64,000 bases of DNA, from positions 52,166 through 116,165 of IMG/VR virus record IMGVR_UViG_2687453145_000002, one strand, 5' to 3'. Under the pieces are notes generated by a model, which saw nothing but the letters and a program-made list of their open reading frames with translations, did no database searches and had not been told where the DNA came from. The DNA is from a virus. Its lineage: Duplodnaviria; Caudoviricetes. A program made the position numbers and the translations under genes. Of the stretch, positions 15,157-24,920 are shown piece by piece (positions within the stretch are counted from its first letter, which is position 1; each line of letters begins with the position of its first letter).

Positions 15157-16392
15157 GCCTTTTGATTGCATCTGCTCCCAGATCCTGACCGCCTCAGATT
15201 TGCTCGCCGAGGCGATCCACTTTCCGTAGACGGATTGTAACATTTCAAGGTCAGCGTGACCCATTTGCGCTGCAATATACGCGAGATTTCCATGCGACGT
15301 CAGGTTCCAACTAGCAAACGTATGCCTAAGTTGATAGAAGCGCCGGTATCTTACTCCGGCTCTCCTCATGATGTTGCTCCAGGCATGAGACACCCCGGCG
15401 GCGGTGAAGAACTCTTTGGCGTGTGGAACATGGGGGCCCGTCACCTTAGGCGTGAATACCGGCCTGATGCTCTGGCGCTCGATACGACCGTTCATGTCCA
15501 CATCTACCGACACCACAGCACGCATGAACGACAATGCCATCTGTGACTTGAGAGCTGCGATCACGGGCGGTTGCAGATCAACCTCCCGGGGCTCGTTGGT
15601 CTTGGGCAGTTTGAAATAGTCCGATTCGTTACTGATGTTCCTGCTGATGACCATGACCCCTTTTTCGAGGTCGATGTCCTCCCAAGCAAGAGCCCTCAAC
15701 TCGCCTGTTCTAAGGCCAGTATAGATGGCAAGGGTGATCATGTTTCGTTGCTGCTCGTGGGAGCATGCTTCCAGCAGCCGGGTGTATTCATCAAATTCGA
15801 AAGGGTCTGCCGGTGAGGTTTTTCTGGTGGTGACGGGCCTCACACCTGCTGTGAGTCTTGCTGCATCCGCAAGTAAGTTGTTCTTCTCACACCAGCGAAG
15901 CAACTGCCTGAATCGCCCAAGGTAGGTGACGATGGAGCTGGGTTTGAGTGAGATGTGCAGCTCATTGCGGATCAGCTCTATGTCCTTGGGCATCAGCGTT
16001 GAGACCTGTCGGTCCTTACCCAGGACATTGATGCACGCCTCAATGGCGAACGGGTAGCCATGACGAGAGGTAGGCTTCAGCATCGGTTTGTGAAGCCGCC
16101 AGAAATCCTGATAGGCCTCCCAGATGGTGACGTTTCGCCGGCTTCCTCCAAATCGAGTCAGTGCTGAGCTGTCAGGGAAATGATGTGCGTAGCTGAAGGT
16201 ACCGACCGCAATCTCATGCTTGATGGTTGCGAGCTTGTTGGTGGCAAACTTCACGTTCGCCTTGGTGATGGGGAGGTCGAGGACCTCCCGGCAGCGCGCC
16301 CGTTTATAGGTGAAGGTAATGCGCAGCTTTTTGCCATGAACCTCCAATCCAGTGACTCCAGCTACTAGATCATCAAGTTTGACTCGACCCAC
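15112..16392 (-). CDS. int: Tyrosine integrase with DUF3596-type arm-binding domain
   Basis: TGLEVHGKKLRITF N-terminus; YTGLRTGE, YQLRHT, QMGH...VYGKW catalytic motifs. Confidence 0.95.
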   Translation of the reverse strand: MGRVKLDDLVAGVTGLEVHGKKLRITFTYKRARCREVLDLPITKANVKFATNKLATIKHEIAVGTFSYAHHFPDSSALTRFGGSRRNVTIWEAYQDFWRLHKPMLKPTSRHGYPFAIEACINVLGKDRQVSTLMPKDIELIRNELHISLKPSSIVTYLGRFRQLLRWCEKNNLLADAARLTAGVRPVTTRKTSPADPFEFDEYTRLLEACSHEQQRNMITLAIYTGLRTGELRALAWEDIDLEKGVMVISRNISNESDYFKLPKTNEPREVDLQPPVIAALKSQMALSFMRAVVSVDVDMNGRIERQSIRPVFTPKVTGPHVPHAKEFFTAAGVSHAWSNIMRRAGVRYRRFYQLRHTFASWNLTSHGNLAYIAAQMGHADLEMLQSVYGKWIASASKSEAVRIWEQMQSKGLFAPMTPQEKKIQQ

Positions 16393-16571
16393 TTGTCATA
16401 CTCCGCAACGTTGTAACGAATCTGGTTATCCGGGGCTCGGCACCATACCCGCCCTTCCGGCCACTCTCCTTTTAAGCGCCGTCCCTCGGCGGCTTTTTCT
16501 GTCATGCCTGTCAGTTCGGCGAATAACTTCGGCCTCACCCACCTGGCACATGGGTAGACGAATTGCTGCAT
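16365..16571 (-). CDS. xis: Excisionase
   Basis: 68 aa overlapping the int start; WPEGRVW...APDNQIRYN...DKWVE pattern. Confidence 0.8.
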   Translation of the reverse strand: MQQFVYPCARWVRPKLFAELTGMTEKAAEGRRLKGEWPEGRVWCRAPDNQIRYNVAEYDKWVESNLMI

Positions 16572-16939
16572 CTGTTGGTCCTCATTAGTCTGGTTATTTC
16601 ATCCCGGCCCGCTCGGTTGTAGAGGAAGCATTCCACCTGCTTCCTGCTGCTGACCGCCTGGTCAAGGCGGTACTCCCCGAACGCCGGGCGTTTGAGTTGG
16701 TGCTGGTTGGCCAGCCGGCCAATGGCCTGGGCGCTGACCCCCAGCTCCTTGCCCAGCTCGGTGGCGCTCCAGAGCTGGCCGGCAACCCGGGGCGCTTCGA
16801 TAGGCAGGTCGAAGTGCGCCAGGATGCGGCCGATCTCGGCGAGCTTGGCCGATCGGGAAAGGGTGGGGGAGCGCACGGCGCTGACCAGCTCGTTGAGAAG
16901 CTGGCTGTCCTGGTCGATGGTCAGTTGAAGTTGTTGCAT
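16535..16939 (-). CDS. Antirepressor C-terminal-like DNA-binding protein
   Basis: Start MQQLQLT after GGAGG; WSATELGKELGVSAQAIGRLAN HTH-like segment. Confidence 0.65.
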   Translation of the reverse strand: MQQLQLTIDQDSQLLNELVSAVRSPTLSRSAKLAEIGRILAHFDLPIEAPRVAGQLWSATELGKELGVSAQAIGRLANQHQLKRPAFGEYRLDQAVSSRKQVECFLYNRAGRDEITRLMRTNRCSNSSTHVPGG

Positions 16940-16998
16940 GGCTTGGCCCTCCTGTCCCAGAGGATGGGGCGCCGATTGAGTTGAAGGAAGGGCCGCTA

Positions 16999-17079
16999 TT
17001 ACAGCAGGGTCAGCACCATCAGTGCGGCCAGGGTGTTGAGCGCCAGGATGGTGAGCCCGGCGGCCCGCTGTCTGGTCAT
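16999..17079 (-). CDS. 26-aa hydrophobic mini-protein
   Basis: ATGA overlap with the upstream gene; MTRQRAAGLTILALNTLAALMVLTLL. Confidence 0.5.
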   Translation of the reverse strand: MTRQRAAGLTILALNTLAALMVLTLL

Positions 17080-17387
17080 GCCGCCACCTCGTCAGCCAAG
17101 TGCGGCACGGGTAGGATGATGGTCTTGCCGATCTTGATGGCCAGGGCGTGCTCTGCTCTGGCGCCGGCGCTGCGCTCCCAGCCAGGCAGCATGACCAACT
17201 GATCGGCCATCTTGACCATTTCGATGCAGATGGCCATGTACTCGTGTTGCTCCAGCCCATCCGGCAGGATCGCCGGGTTTAGGGCCACATGGCCCAGGCC
17301 AAGCAGGCGGTGCGCCTCGGCATTGAAGGCGTCGCGGTTGAAGTTCGGCAGGCCTGAGATAGGCCCGGCTATGTAGATTTTCGCCAT
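17076..17387 (-). CDS. DUF4406 / nucleoside deoxyribosyltransferase-like protein
   Basis: KIYIAGPISG...LNPA...LPGWERSAGARAEH. Confidence 0.85.
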   Translation of the reverse strand: MAKIYIAGPISGLPNFNRDAFNAEAHRLLGLGHVALNPAILPDGLEQHEYMAICIEMVKMADQLVMLPGWERSAGARAEHALAIKIGKTIILPVPHLADEVAA

Positions 17388-17431
17388 AGTGAGTCCTTGA
17401 ATTGGAAGCCCCGGACTTGCCGGGGCTATGG

Positions 17432-17650
17432 TTATGCTCGCCAGCCCCGGTACCCGATAAAGCCGGGATCCATGACTTGCCTGAACGGCAGGACGGGGAG
17501 GTGGGCTATCAGGGTCTTGAGCTGGGGGTTATCGGGTTGGCTGTCGATGGTGACCCGGGCGCCGGGATTGATGAGTAGATATCGCTCCCTCACGTTCACC
17601 GCCTCTTCTAGGGTTAACCCTGTTTGGATAATTGGTTCTCTGAAGCGCAC
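17432..17650 (-). CDS. Hypothetical phage protein
   Basis: GTG start just after rdgC; fills the operon gap. Confidence 0.55.
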   Translation of the reverse strand: MRFREPIIQTGLTLEEAVNVRERYLLINPGARVTIDSQPDNPQLKTLIAHLPVLPFRQVMDPGFIGYRGWRA

Positions 17651-17654
17651 CCAT

Positions 17655-18557
17655 TCATTCCTCGCCGCCCAGAGCGGCAAGCAGGGCCGGGATGAACTGG
17701 GAGAGCTCGCCGGTCACCAGGGCGAAGTCCGCGTCCAGGCGGGCGGCCGGATCTTCACTGGTAATGTCGTCGTTCTGCTCGCGCATGTCCTCGCTGAATT
17801 TGAGGCGCTTGATGGAGAGGTCGTCGCCCAGCACAAAGCTGAGGCGCTCACCCCAGTTCAGGGCCAACTTGGTGACCAGCTTGTCGTTGGCCAGGTGATT
17901 TTTCACCTCGTCGGTCATCAGGTCTTGCTGTTTGAAGCGGGCGATCCCGCCGTGCTCCATGGCGCTGCGTAGCTCGGATTCATCCTCCAGGGTGAAAGCT
18001 GCCGGCAGGTTTCCCTCTTGCAGCCACTCGGTCATGGTGATCTCGGGTGGGTTCTTGAGCGCCACCGGCACCACCGGCAGGCTGCCAATGGACTTGCGAA
18101 GCAGAGCCAGCACATCGTCCGCCTTCTTGGCGGAGGAGGCATCGACCATCAGCAGGCCGTCGGCCGGGTTGAGCCAGGCAAAGGTGTTGGCGGTGCGGCT
18201 GAAGGCGCGAGGCAGCAGTGTGTGCAGCAGTTCCTCTTTCAGGGCCTCCTTCTCTTTCTTCTTGAGGGCGCGACCCTGCTCGTACTCGATGGCCTCCACC
18301 TTCTCTGCCAGCGCCTCCTTGATGACGGCGGTCGGCAGGATCTTGTCCTCCTTGCGGGCGCAGATGAGGATCTGGCCGGCGGCGGCATGGGTCAGGGTGC
18401 TGCCGAACTTGCCGAGTGGGCGGGTCCAGCCGAAGCGGGAAATATCCTGGCTGCCGCAGGGGGTGAAGGCGCACGCCTCCAGTTGGGTTTCCAGTTGTTC
18501 GGTGGTCAGCTCGAACGGGCGGGTGAAGCGGTAAACTTGAAGGTTTTTAAACCACAT
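17655..18557 (-). CDS. rdgC: Recombination-associated protein RdgC
   Basis: MWFKNLQVYRF...RLDADFALVTGEL signature, 300 aa. Confidence 0.95.
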   Translation of the reverse strand: MWFKNLQVYRFTRPFELTTEQLETQLEACAFTPCGSQDISRFGWTRPLGKFGSTLTHAAAGQILICARKEDKILPTAVIKEALAEKVEAIEYEQGRALKKKEKEALKEELLHTLLPRAFSRTANTFAWLNPADGLLMVDASSAKKADDVLALLRKSIGSLPVVPVALKNPPEITMTEWLQEGNLPAAFTLEDESELRSAMEHGGIARFKQQDLMTDEVKNHLANDKLVTKLALNWGERLSFVLGDDLSIKRLKFSEDMREQNDDITSEDPAARLDADFALVTGELSQFIPALLAALGGEE

Positions 18558-18576
18558 GGTCTGGGTCCTGTGTTGG

Positions 18577-18756
18577 TTAGTTGCGGGCTTTCTTGGCCTG
18601 CAGGTCGTGGATCTTCTTGGCTGCGGCCTCGGCGGTTTGCCTGTCGCAGGTGATTCCGCCTGGCAGAACGAACTTGCCGGGCTGCTTGGGATCGGGCATG
18701 ACGACACCGAGCCCAATGACTACTGCACCGCAGTAGGGGCTTTCTGTCTTTTGCAT
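18577..18756 (-). CDS. DUF1317-like small phage protein
   Basis: MQKTESPY...FVLPGG...TAEAAAKKI, 59 aa. Confidence 0.6.
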   Translation of the reverse strand: MQKTESPYCGAVVIGLGVVMPDPKQPGKFVLPGGITCDRQTAEAAAKKIHDLQAKKARN

Positions 18757-18815
18757 GGGAGTCCTATGAGTTATCCACCGTTCCTGTATGGCTGGCGGTG
18801 GATGGATTGGGGGTA

Positions 18816-19418
18816 TCAGGCCGCGCGCTTTGAGCCAATGCCGCGCACAAAGGGGATGCGAGGGGATGCACCCACCTTCATGGTGGGGAAGGCAATCAGG
18901 GCGCAACCGAAGTTGGCACCGCTCTTTCTGGTTGCGCCATCGCGCTCGTAGAACTGATAACGGCCATCCGGCTCGTAGATGATCACGTCCTCGGCCAGCA
19001 AGCGGCGCCACCATGTTGTCAGCGGCTCGTATGGCAGCAGCATCATCCCGGGCCTGCCATTGGCTTGCTGCTGGCGGGCCTGGGTGATGAACTCAGGTTT
19101 CAGGTCGAACGGCGGGTTACACCACCAGTGCTCTGGCCAGTCAAGGTTGAGGCTGTCGATGCCGATACAGACCGTGCCAGCCTGCTCGGCCTCACGAATC
19201 TGGGCTCGTACATCTTCCCGGGTGCGGTAGTCCAGCAGCTTTTCCAGCAGCAGGTGGCTGGTGAAGTAGTGGCTGCACTTGGCAGTGAGCGGCTCGGCGG
19301 CGATATCGCACTCGAAGTTGCGTCCGTAGAGCGCCTGCGCATCGGCAAAGCACTCCCAGGTGGTGGCCCAGAAGTTCTTGTCGCTGGCCGGGGTGCCGCT
19401 ATCAATCAGGATTGCCAT
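18816..19418 (-). CDS. Phage DNA N6-adenine methyltransferase (phage Dam family)
   Basis: FWAT..., FECDIAA, WCNPPF, GRYQF motifs. Confidence 0.85.
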   Translation of the reverse strand: MAILIDSGTPASDKNFWATTWECFADAQALYGRNFECDIAAEPLTAKCSHYFTSHLLLEKLLDYRTREDVRAQIREAEQAGTVCIGIDSLNLDWPEHWWCNPPFDLKPEFITQARQQQANGRPGMMLLPYEPLTTWWRRLLAEDVIIYEPDGRYQFYERDGATRKSGANFGCALIAFPTMKVGASPRIPFVRGIGSKRAA

Positions 19419-19558
19419 CAGCGCACCTCCTTGGGGTCGATGCCAAGCTGGCTGGCCAGCTGGCGGCGCTCTATCTCGTCGCGTTTTCGCTGGCGTTGTT
19501 GGAGTAGCGGTTTCGTCTTGCGGTCTTGCACCATGCCGCGGTGGCGGTAGAGGCTCAT
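19418..19558 (-). CDS. Small basic hypothetical protein
   Basis: Coupled on both sides; MSLYRHRG...RDEIERRQLASQLGID. Confidence 0.6.
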   Translation of the reverse strand: MSLYRHRGMVQDRKTKPLLQQRQRKRDEIERRQLASQLGIDPKEVR

Positions 19559-20772
19559 GCTGCCTCCTGGTGTTGCTCTTCCTGCTTGCTGGCGGCGAAC
19601 TGCTCCTCCCACAGCTTCACCTTGAGCTCGCAGGCATAGACGATCTGGCCGACCAGCTTCTGGCCGATCCCCTTCACCTTGTCCAGCTTGTTCCCCTGGT
19701 GGCTCATCACCTTGTAGAGGGTGTCGATCCCGGCCTCTTCCAGCGGCTTGATGGTGCGCGGCGGTAGGCCGCATTCATGGATGCTGACTGTCTTGGCCCA
19801 TTCGGTGCGGGGTTGCAGGTGGGGGTGGCTCTGCTCCAGCGCCTCCTGCATGAAGGCGAAGATGTCCTGCGTCATGGCATCAGGGGCCCCGGAACCATAG
19901 GGCGCCGGGTAGATGGGGTTCATCCACTGGCTCAGCATGACCGAGCAGCCGGAGCCATCGGATTTCATGGCGTGCAGCTTCCAGCTGAGGTCGTTGATGA
20001 GGTAGGGGAGGTTTGATTTCAGGCCATGATCCACCATGTATACGTCCCAGAGCGTGCCATCCTCACCCTTGTAGGTTTTGCCGAGGTGTTTGTGCCAGAT
20101 CAGCTTAGCGGCTCGGGCGCTCTCCAGCTCCATGATGACGGTGTGACGGCGCTCCAGCTCGCGATCCTGCTCGTTGATGGCGCTCAGCAGCTCACTGATA
20201 CGGCGCCCCAGCTTTAACACTTCCGCACGGTAGGAGGCTTCGTTGCTCTTGTGCTTGGCGATCGCAGTGCGCTGCTCCTCCAGCAGCTCGTTCTTCTCCT
20301 TGATGCGGCGTTTCATGCCTGCCGGATCCATGGCGTTGAGGTCGGCCAGTTGACGCTCGAGCTGGCGGGTGGCGTACTGCAGGGCGCCGTACTTGGTCTG
20401 GACATCGTTCAGGATGCGCTGGGTCTTGTAGAGCTCGTCTGCCATGGCCTCCAGCTCGGCGGCGCCTTCTTGCCGTGCTGCTGCAATGCGCTGCTCGGCT
20501 TCGGCTACCTGCTGGCGCAGCTGGCTGACCAGGGCAGCCTGGGTGAGCAGCTCGCCATCCCGGCCTTCCAGCTCGCCGATCAGGGTGTTGAACTCGTCGA
20601 TGTGGGCGTTGGCCGCCTCGCTGATCATGGTCAGGTTGGCGTTGAGCAGGGTTTCGAAGCTGCCGATGGCGGCCTTGGCCGGGCCGTCCGGCATCAGCAG
20701 GATGTTGCGGATCTGGCTGGTGAGGGTGTTCAGGGCGAGACTGGTCGCCTCGCTGGGGTTCAGCGTGGTCAT
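19555..20772 (-). CDS. Coiled-coil protein with a C-terminal RNA polymerase alpha-CTD-like domain
   Basis: Long heptad region; SIHECGLPPRTIKPLEEAGIDTL...KVKGIGQKLVGQI resembles the alpha-CTD HhH fold. Confidence 0.7.
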   Translation of the reverse strand: MTTLNPSEATSLALNTLTSQIRNILLMPDGPAKAAIGSFETLLNANLTMISEAANAHIDEFNTLIGELEGRDGELLTQAALVSQLRQQVAEAEQRIAAARQEGAAELEAMADELYKTQRILNDVQTKYGALQYATRQLERQLADLNAMDPAGMKRRIKEKNELLEEQRTAIAKHKSNEASYRAEVLKLGRRISELLSAINEQDRELERRHTVIMELESARAAKLIWHKHLGKTYKGEDGTLWDVYMVDHGLKSNLPYLINDLSWKLHAMKSDGSGCSVMLSQWMNPIYPAPYGSGAPDAMTQDIFAFMQEALEQSHPHLQPRTEWAKTVSIHECGLPPRTIKPLEEAGIDTLYKVMSHQGNKLDKVKGIGQKLVGQIVYACELKVKLWEEQFAASKQEEQHQEAA

Positions 20773-20821
20773 GGTTGGTCCTCTGGGATTGCAAAAGCCC
20801 CGTTGGCGGCGGGGCGGGTGA

Positions 20822-21910
20822 TCAGTAGTTGATGGTCAGGTGGTCGATCTTGTTGCTGGCGATGTGCTTGATGAGGTTGATGGCTTTCCCCTCATCGATC
20901 CCCAAGCCCATCAGGTCCATCAGGATGGCGTTGTTGATGGTGCGGCGGTGCTCCATGTCGGCGGAGCGCGCAGCATCCTCTGCGGCTTTCTGGCGCTGCT
21001 CGTCGGCGATGCGCTGACGTTCCTGCTCTGCTGCCCGGGCGGCGGCCTCTTCCGCCTGGCGTGCAGCGTTTGCTTCGGCCTGCTGGCGGGCCAGCTCGGC
21101 GGCTTCGGAATCACGCAGGGCCTGCTCTGCAGCCTGCTGTGCCACCTGGGCTTGGCGTTGGGCCTCCTGCTCGCGGTGCTGGGCGGCTTCACGCTCCAGG
21201 CGCTGGCGATTTTCTTCCTCCCGGCGGGCTTGCTCCGCCGCCTGCTCGACTATCAGGCGCTCGCGGTCGATGCGATCCTGTTCGGCCTGCTTCTGGCGCA
21301 GTTGCTCCAGCTCTGCCTGCTCGGATTCGTACTTCTGGCGGGCTGCCAGGGCCTCTCCGAGGCGCTTGGTTGCGAGCTCCTTGGCAACGGTCGCCTGGGG
21401 CAGCAGCTCTTGCCAGGAGTCGTCCAGGGCGTTCTGCTCGACCTCCTGCAGCATGACCTGCAAGTCGGCGGCGGCGATCTCGATGCTGGCAGAGGATCCC
21501 AGTTCATTGAGGCGGGCCAGTCGGGATTGCAGTGCTGCCACTCGGGCTTCCTCTGCCGCTTCGTACTGGGTGAGCGGGGCGCGCACCTCGTCTTTCAGGG
21601 CGTCCAGGGTGTCGCGGATCTGCTTGCGGTTGGCGTCGATGCGCTTGGGGATCTCCTTGAACTTGTCAGTTTGCTCCTTGCCGAGCCCGTCCAGGTAGGT
21701 CTTGGTGCGGGCGACAGCATGGGCGACGCTGGCGATCTCCTTGCGGCCCTTGGCGGTGGTGATGTCGGGTACCAGGCTGGTTGCCTTCTGGCGAATGTCG
21801 GCCAGCAGTTCAGCCACGCCCTGGCCCTCGGTGAACAGGGCGACGGCGGTAGTGGGTTCGATGACAACCAGTTGGGCCTGGGTGTTGTCGGTCTTGGCTT
21901 GTTCGGTCAT
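20822..21910 (-). CDS. Conserved phage coiled-coil protein (often labelled TolA-like)
   Basis: PDITTAKGRKEIASVA motif, A/E/Q/R-rich middle. Confidence 0.8.
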   Translation of the reverse strand: MTEQAKTDNTQAQLVVIEPTTAVALFTEGQGVAELLADIRQKATSLVPDITTAKGRKEIASVAHAVARTKTYLDGLGKEQTDKFKEIPKRIDANRKQIRDTLDALKDEVRAPLTQYEAAEEARVAALQSRLARLNELGSSASIEIAAADLQVMLQEVEQNALDDSWQELLPQATVAKELATKRLGEALAARQKYESEQAELEQLRQKQAEQDRIDRERLIVEQAAEQARREEENRQRLEREAAQHREQEAQRQAQVAQQAAEQALRDSEAAELARQQAEANAARQAEEAAARAAEQERQRIADEQRQKAAEDAARSADMEHRRTINNAILMDLMGLGIDEGKAINLIKHIASNKIDHLTINY

Positions 21911-21958
21911 GACGGGTCCTTAGGATTGAAAAGGCCAGCAGTGAGCGGGCCTGATGAG

Positions 21959-22936
21959 TTATTGCTGGGCGCCGTTCCCGGCACTGAGTTGCTTCTTGCG
22001 CTCGCCGGCGATCTGCTTGATACCTGCGATGATGTTCTGGTCGCCGGTTTCGTTGGCCCAGGTCCAGGCGGTGGTGTAGGCCTGCTGCCATTCGGTGGTA
22101 TCACATGCCCCCTCGATGGCGGCGCAGTGGTCGGCGTAGGCGTTGGCGTGGTCCGCCTGGGCGGGTTCGGCCATCTGCTCATGCTCCAGGGTGACCGATT
22201 CGATGCTCTGGCCGCGGATGGCATCCAGGGTGCGGCTCTTTGCCGGTGCGCCATGCTGCGGTTGGCTACCTGGGATCTCGTTGATGATGATCTCCTTGCC
22301 CTCCATCTCCTCGGCGGTGGGCTCGCTACCGATCTCCGGCCAGGCCTTGCGTAGCGCCTGCGCCTCGGTGCATTTGGCGAGCTGGGCATAGGGCCGCTTG
22401 CGCCACATGGCGTTGGGGCACTCGGTCTTGCCGCTCTGGGTGGCGTAGTTCTCCTTCCAGCGCTCCAGGGCGTGGAAGGCAACCCGCTGGCCGTTGACCA
22501 TCTTATAGACGGTGTACTTGCACCACTGCGGGTAGGTGACCTTGATCTTGGCGCTCTGGTTGTAGGGGTCTTGGAACTCTTCGGTGACATCCGGCCCGAA
22601 CACGGGTTCATCGGCCCCCGCGTAGTTGCCGGAGCGATCGGCCTGGATCCGGTACATGCCGATCCCGGGCATCGGCACATCCCGCCAGACCTTCTCTTTG
22701 CTGCGGGCATCGGTTACCTGCATGGGGACGAGGTGGACCGGCTTGAGCAGAATATCCAGGCCGCGCGCCTTACAGTAGTCGATGGCCATGACCACCGAAT
22801 CGGGGTTGGCTCCCGGGTAAATGGTGTTGCACAGGGCGTTCCAGGTCGGCTCGTCGATGCCTCGCTGGACAAGAATGGGGAACTGGGCGGCGAAGTTATC
22901 GGCCGCCTGCTGTTTGAGGCTGGTGATGTTGCTCAT
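21959..22936 (-). CDS. bet: Red-beta/RecT-family single-strand annealing protein
   Basis: YCKARGLD, GIGMYRIQADRSG, MWRKRPYAQLAKCTEAQALRKAWP. Confidence 0.9.
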   Translation of the reverse strand: MSNITSLKQQAADNFAAQFPILVQRGIDEPTWNALCNTIYPGANPDSVVMAIDYCKARGLDILLKPVHLVPMQVTDARSKEKVWRDVPMPGIGMYRIQADRSGNYAGADEPVFGPDVTEEFQDPYNQSAKIKVTYPQWCKYTVYKMVNGQRVAFHALERWKENYATQSGKTECPNAMWRKRPYAQLAKCTEAQALRKAWPEIGSEPTAEEMEGKEIIINEIPGSQPQHGAPAKSRTLDAIRGQSIESVTLEHEQMAEPAQADHANAYADHCAAIEGACDTTEWQQAYTTAWTWANETGDQNIIAGIKQIAGERKKQLSAGNGAQQ

Positions 22937-23778
22937 GCTGCTTTCCTTGTCGCCCAGGCTGGGCGCTGGAGGGGTTTGAAGTCGTGCCAGTCGTTGTTGA
23001 CCCGGCAGTCGTGGAAGCGCTGGAGATCGCGGCGGAACAGGTCCTTGCCCGCATCCTTCCAGTCGTCGGGGAGGGGCCGCACCCGTACTGGGTAGCGGCC
23101 ACAGTTCACGCTAGTGCTTACCGCCAGAAAGACGAATTCCGGCTCCTCGCCCATCACCCGGTGGAAGCCTTCGGAGTACATAGCGTCCTGAACGTGGTAG
23201 CGGAACTCCTCAACATGGCGCTCGAAGCGGCCCATGTCGTCCACCGACTTCACGTCAATGATGACGGGGGGATTGCTCAGGTGGCGGTCTGGCCGTACCC
23301 GGCACAGCTCCTGGGTCTGGGGGTCAATCCAGTAGAAGGAGGCCTCGCTGTGTCCCTCCTGCTCCAGTAGCCAGCGGGCGTCCGGGTGGGCCATCACGCT
23401 GTCGCGCATCAGGTAGAGCTTGCGGCCCTCTTCGGCATCCATCACCGTCTTGCCCAGCTCGGCGCAGCCAGCCAAAAACTCGACCTCTTCGGCTTTGCCA
23501 GCGTTGGTGCGGCGGTTGAACGGCGGGGCGATGATGAAGCGGTCTTTGAACTCGTCGGGCTCCAGCAGCAGGCAGTGGATGGCGCTGCCCATGTCGAAGG
23601 CCTTGAGCTTTTCTTCATCTACCGGGGCGTTTTTGGCCCATATGTAGGTGGCCGGGCTTTCGGCGATCTGGTCGAGCTGGCTTTTGCTGACCCCGGGGCC
23701 AGCGTGGTACTCCTCATTGGAGAGGCCGAACACCCGACCAAGCGGGTGCGCGGCGGAGGTGTCGGCAATGGCGTTCAT
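22933..23778 (-). CDS. RecE/ExoVIII-like PD-(D/E)xK exonuclease
   Basis: SNEEYHAGPGVSKSQLD, CRVRPD, IIDVKS, YHVQDAMY. Confidence 0.9.
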   Translation of the reverse strand: MNAIADTSAAHPLGRVFGLSNEEYHAGPGVSKSQLDQIAESPATYIWAKNAPVDEEKLKAFDMGSAIHCLLLEPDEFKDRFIIAPPFNRRTNAGKAEEVEFLAGCAELGKTVMDAEEGRKLYLMRDSVMAHPDARWLLEQEGHSEASFYWIDPQTQELCRVRPDRHLSNPPVIIDVKSVDDMGRFERHVEEFRYHVQDAMYSEGFHRVMGEEPEFVFLAVSTSVNCGRYPVRVRPLPDDWKDAGKDLFRRDLQRFHDCRVNNDWHDFKPLQRPAWATRKAA

Positions 23779-24290
23779 GCTGCACCAGCCTTGAGCTTGG
23801 CGATAAGCTCCACCGCATCGGTCAGACTGAGCAGCCAAGTTTCATGCCGCCCACCCACAACAAGCTCACCCCATGGCGCCGGTTCGCCATTTTGGTGCAG
23901 GCCATAGACGCCGCCGCTTTCTTTCATCAGCGCCTCTACGTCACCGGAAAGCTTTTCCAGCGCAGCCAGCAGCTCGTCGCGCTGGGATGTCAGCTCGACC
24001 TCTCGTTTGCTTACACGGCGCTCTTGGGTGGTTAGCGCGCGGTAAACGATGAGATGTTGTGGGTATCCGTACCCACCTCGGCATAGCCTTACCTCAGTGC
24101 GACGAGTTAAAAATCCAGCAACCACAAGTCGCCTGAGTGCCTTCCCGAGAAGCTTCCGATCTTTTGACCCTCTGACCGTTCTCAAGCCGCCATCAATGGC
24201 CTCACTCAGACACATTTCCCCATTTTTTTCAAAAAATGAGACGATCGTGGCGTCATGACCTGCAGGGCAGTCGCTATTGGTAGAATTCAT
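23775..24290 (-). CDS. Hypothetical phage protein
   Basis: ATGA-coupled on both sides. Confidence 0.7.
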   Translation of the reverse strand: MNSTNSDCPAGHDATIVSFFEKNGEMCLSEAIDGGLRTVRGSKDRKLLGKALRRLVVAGFLTRRTEVRLCRGGYGYPQHLIVYRALTTQERRVSKREVELTSQRDELLAALEKLSGDVEALMKESGGVYGLHQNGEPAPWGELVVGGRHETWLLSLTDAVELIAKLKAGAA

Positions 24291-24652
24291 GCTGCGCTCC
24301 TGTGTTGGTACTGCTCCCATTGCTGCTCGCTCATGGCGTCGTGCAGGGCGGCGAGGTGACTGCGCCAGGCGGCCTGTGCCAGCTCTGCCAGCCCGGCATC
24401 GACCACCTGGTCAATGAACTGCATCAGCGGCGCTTGCCGGCCTTCGTGCATCAGCAGCCAGATAGCCTGGTTGTAGTGGCTATGCTGGTCCGCATTGAGT
24501 TCGCCCAGCAGGGTGGCCGGGTCGGTTTCGAGCTGGCCGGCCAGTAGCAGGGGGCGGTTGGCCGCGGTCCACTCGGCGACCCACTCGGCCTTGGCGTTGG
24601 CCTCGGCCTCGCGGCTTTCGAGCAGGGCGAGCATTTCGTTATCTCGGGTCAT
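24287..24652 (-). CDS. Hypothetical phage protein
   Basis: Operon context upstream of exo/bet. Confidence 0.75.
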   Translation of the reverse strand: MTRDNEMLALLESREAEANAKAEWVAEWTAANRPLLLAGQLETDPATLLGELNADQHSHYNQAIWLLMHEGRQAPLMQFIDQVVDAGLAELAQAAWRSHLAALHDAMSEQQWEQYQHRSAA

Positions 24653-24654
24653 GG

Positions 24655-24846
24655 CTAGAGCTCCTGGGCAAGTCGCTGAGCACGCCGTTCGTGATACTCC
24701 TCGATGGCACGGCGGGTGGCGGCCTTGGTCTTGGCCATCCGCTTTTGCTCGGCGGATGGGGCGGCGTCTACGTGGTACTTGCGGCGGGTGGGTGGCACCA
24801 TTGCGCCGCGAAAGCCCATCAGCTGGGCTTCGGTCAGTGGTTTCAT
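24655..24846 (-). CDS. Small basic hypothetical protein
   Basis: CAGGACCCAG RBS; first gene after a terminator. Confidence 0.7.
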   Translation of the reverse strand: MKPLTEAQLMGFRGAMVPPTRRKYHVDAAPSAEQKRMAKTKAATRRAIEEYHERRAQRLAQEL

Positions 24847-24873
24847 GGTCTGGGTCCTGTGGTTGTAAAAACG

Positions 24874-24898
24874 AAAAAGCCCAGCAGTTGCTGGGCTT
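24874..24898 (-). terminator. Intrinsic terminator after the Sel1 gene
   Basis: AAGCCCAGCA/TGCTGGGCTT stem with a U-tract on the minus strand. Confidence 0.75.
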
Positions 24899-24920
24899 GG
24901 TCGGATGGTCTAAGTGGTGA

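Noticed and set aside
20840-22354. 504-aa plus-strand ORF and similar long antisense ORFs (e.g. 3607-4851, 42423-43622)
   Set aside because: Shadows of GC-rich genes on the other strand; no recognisable motifs.
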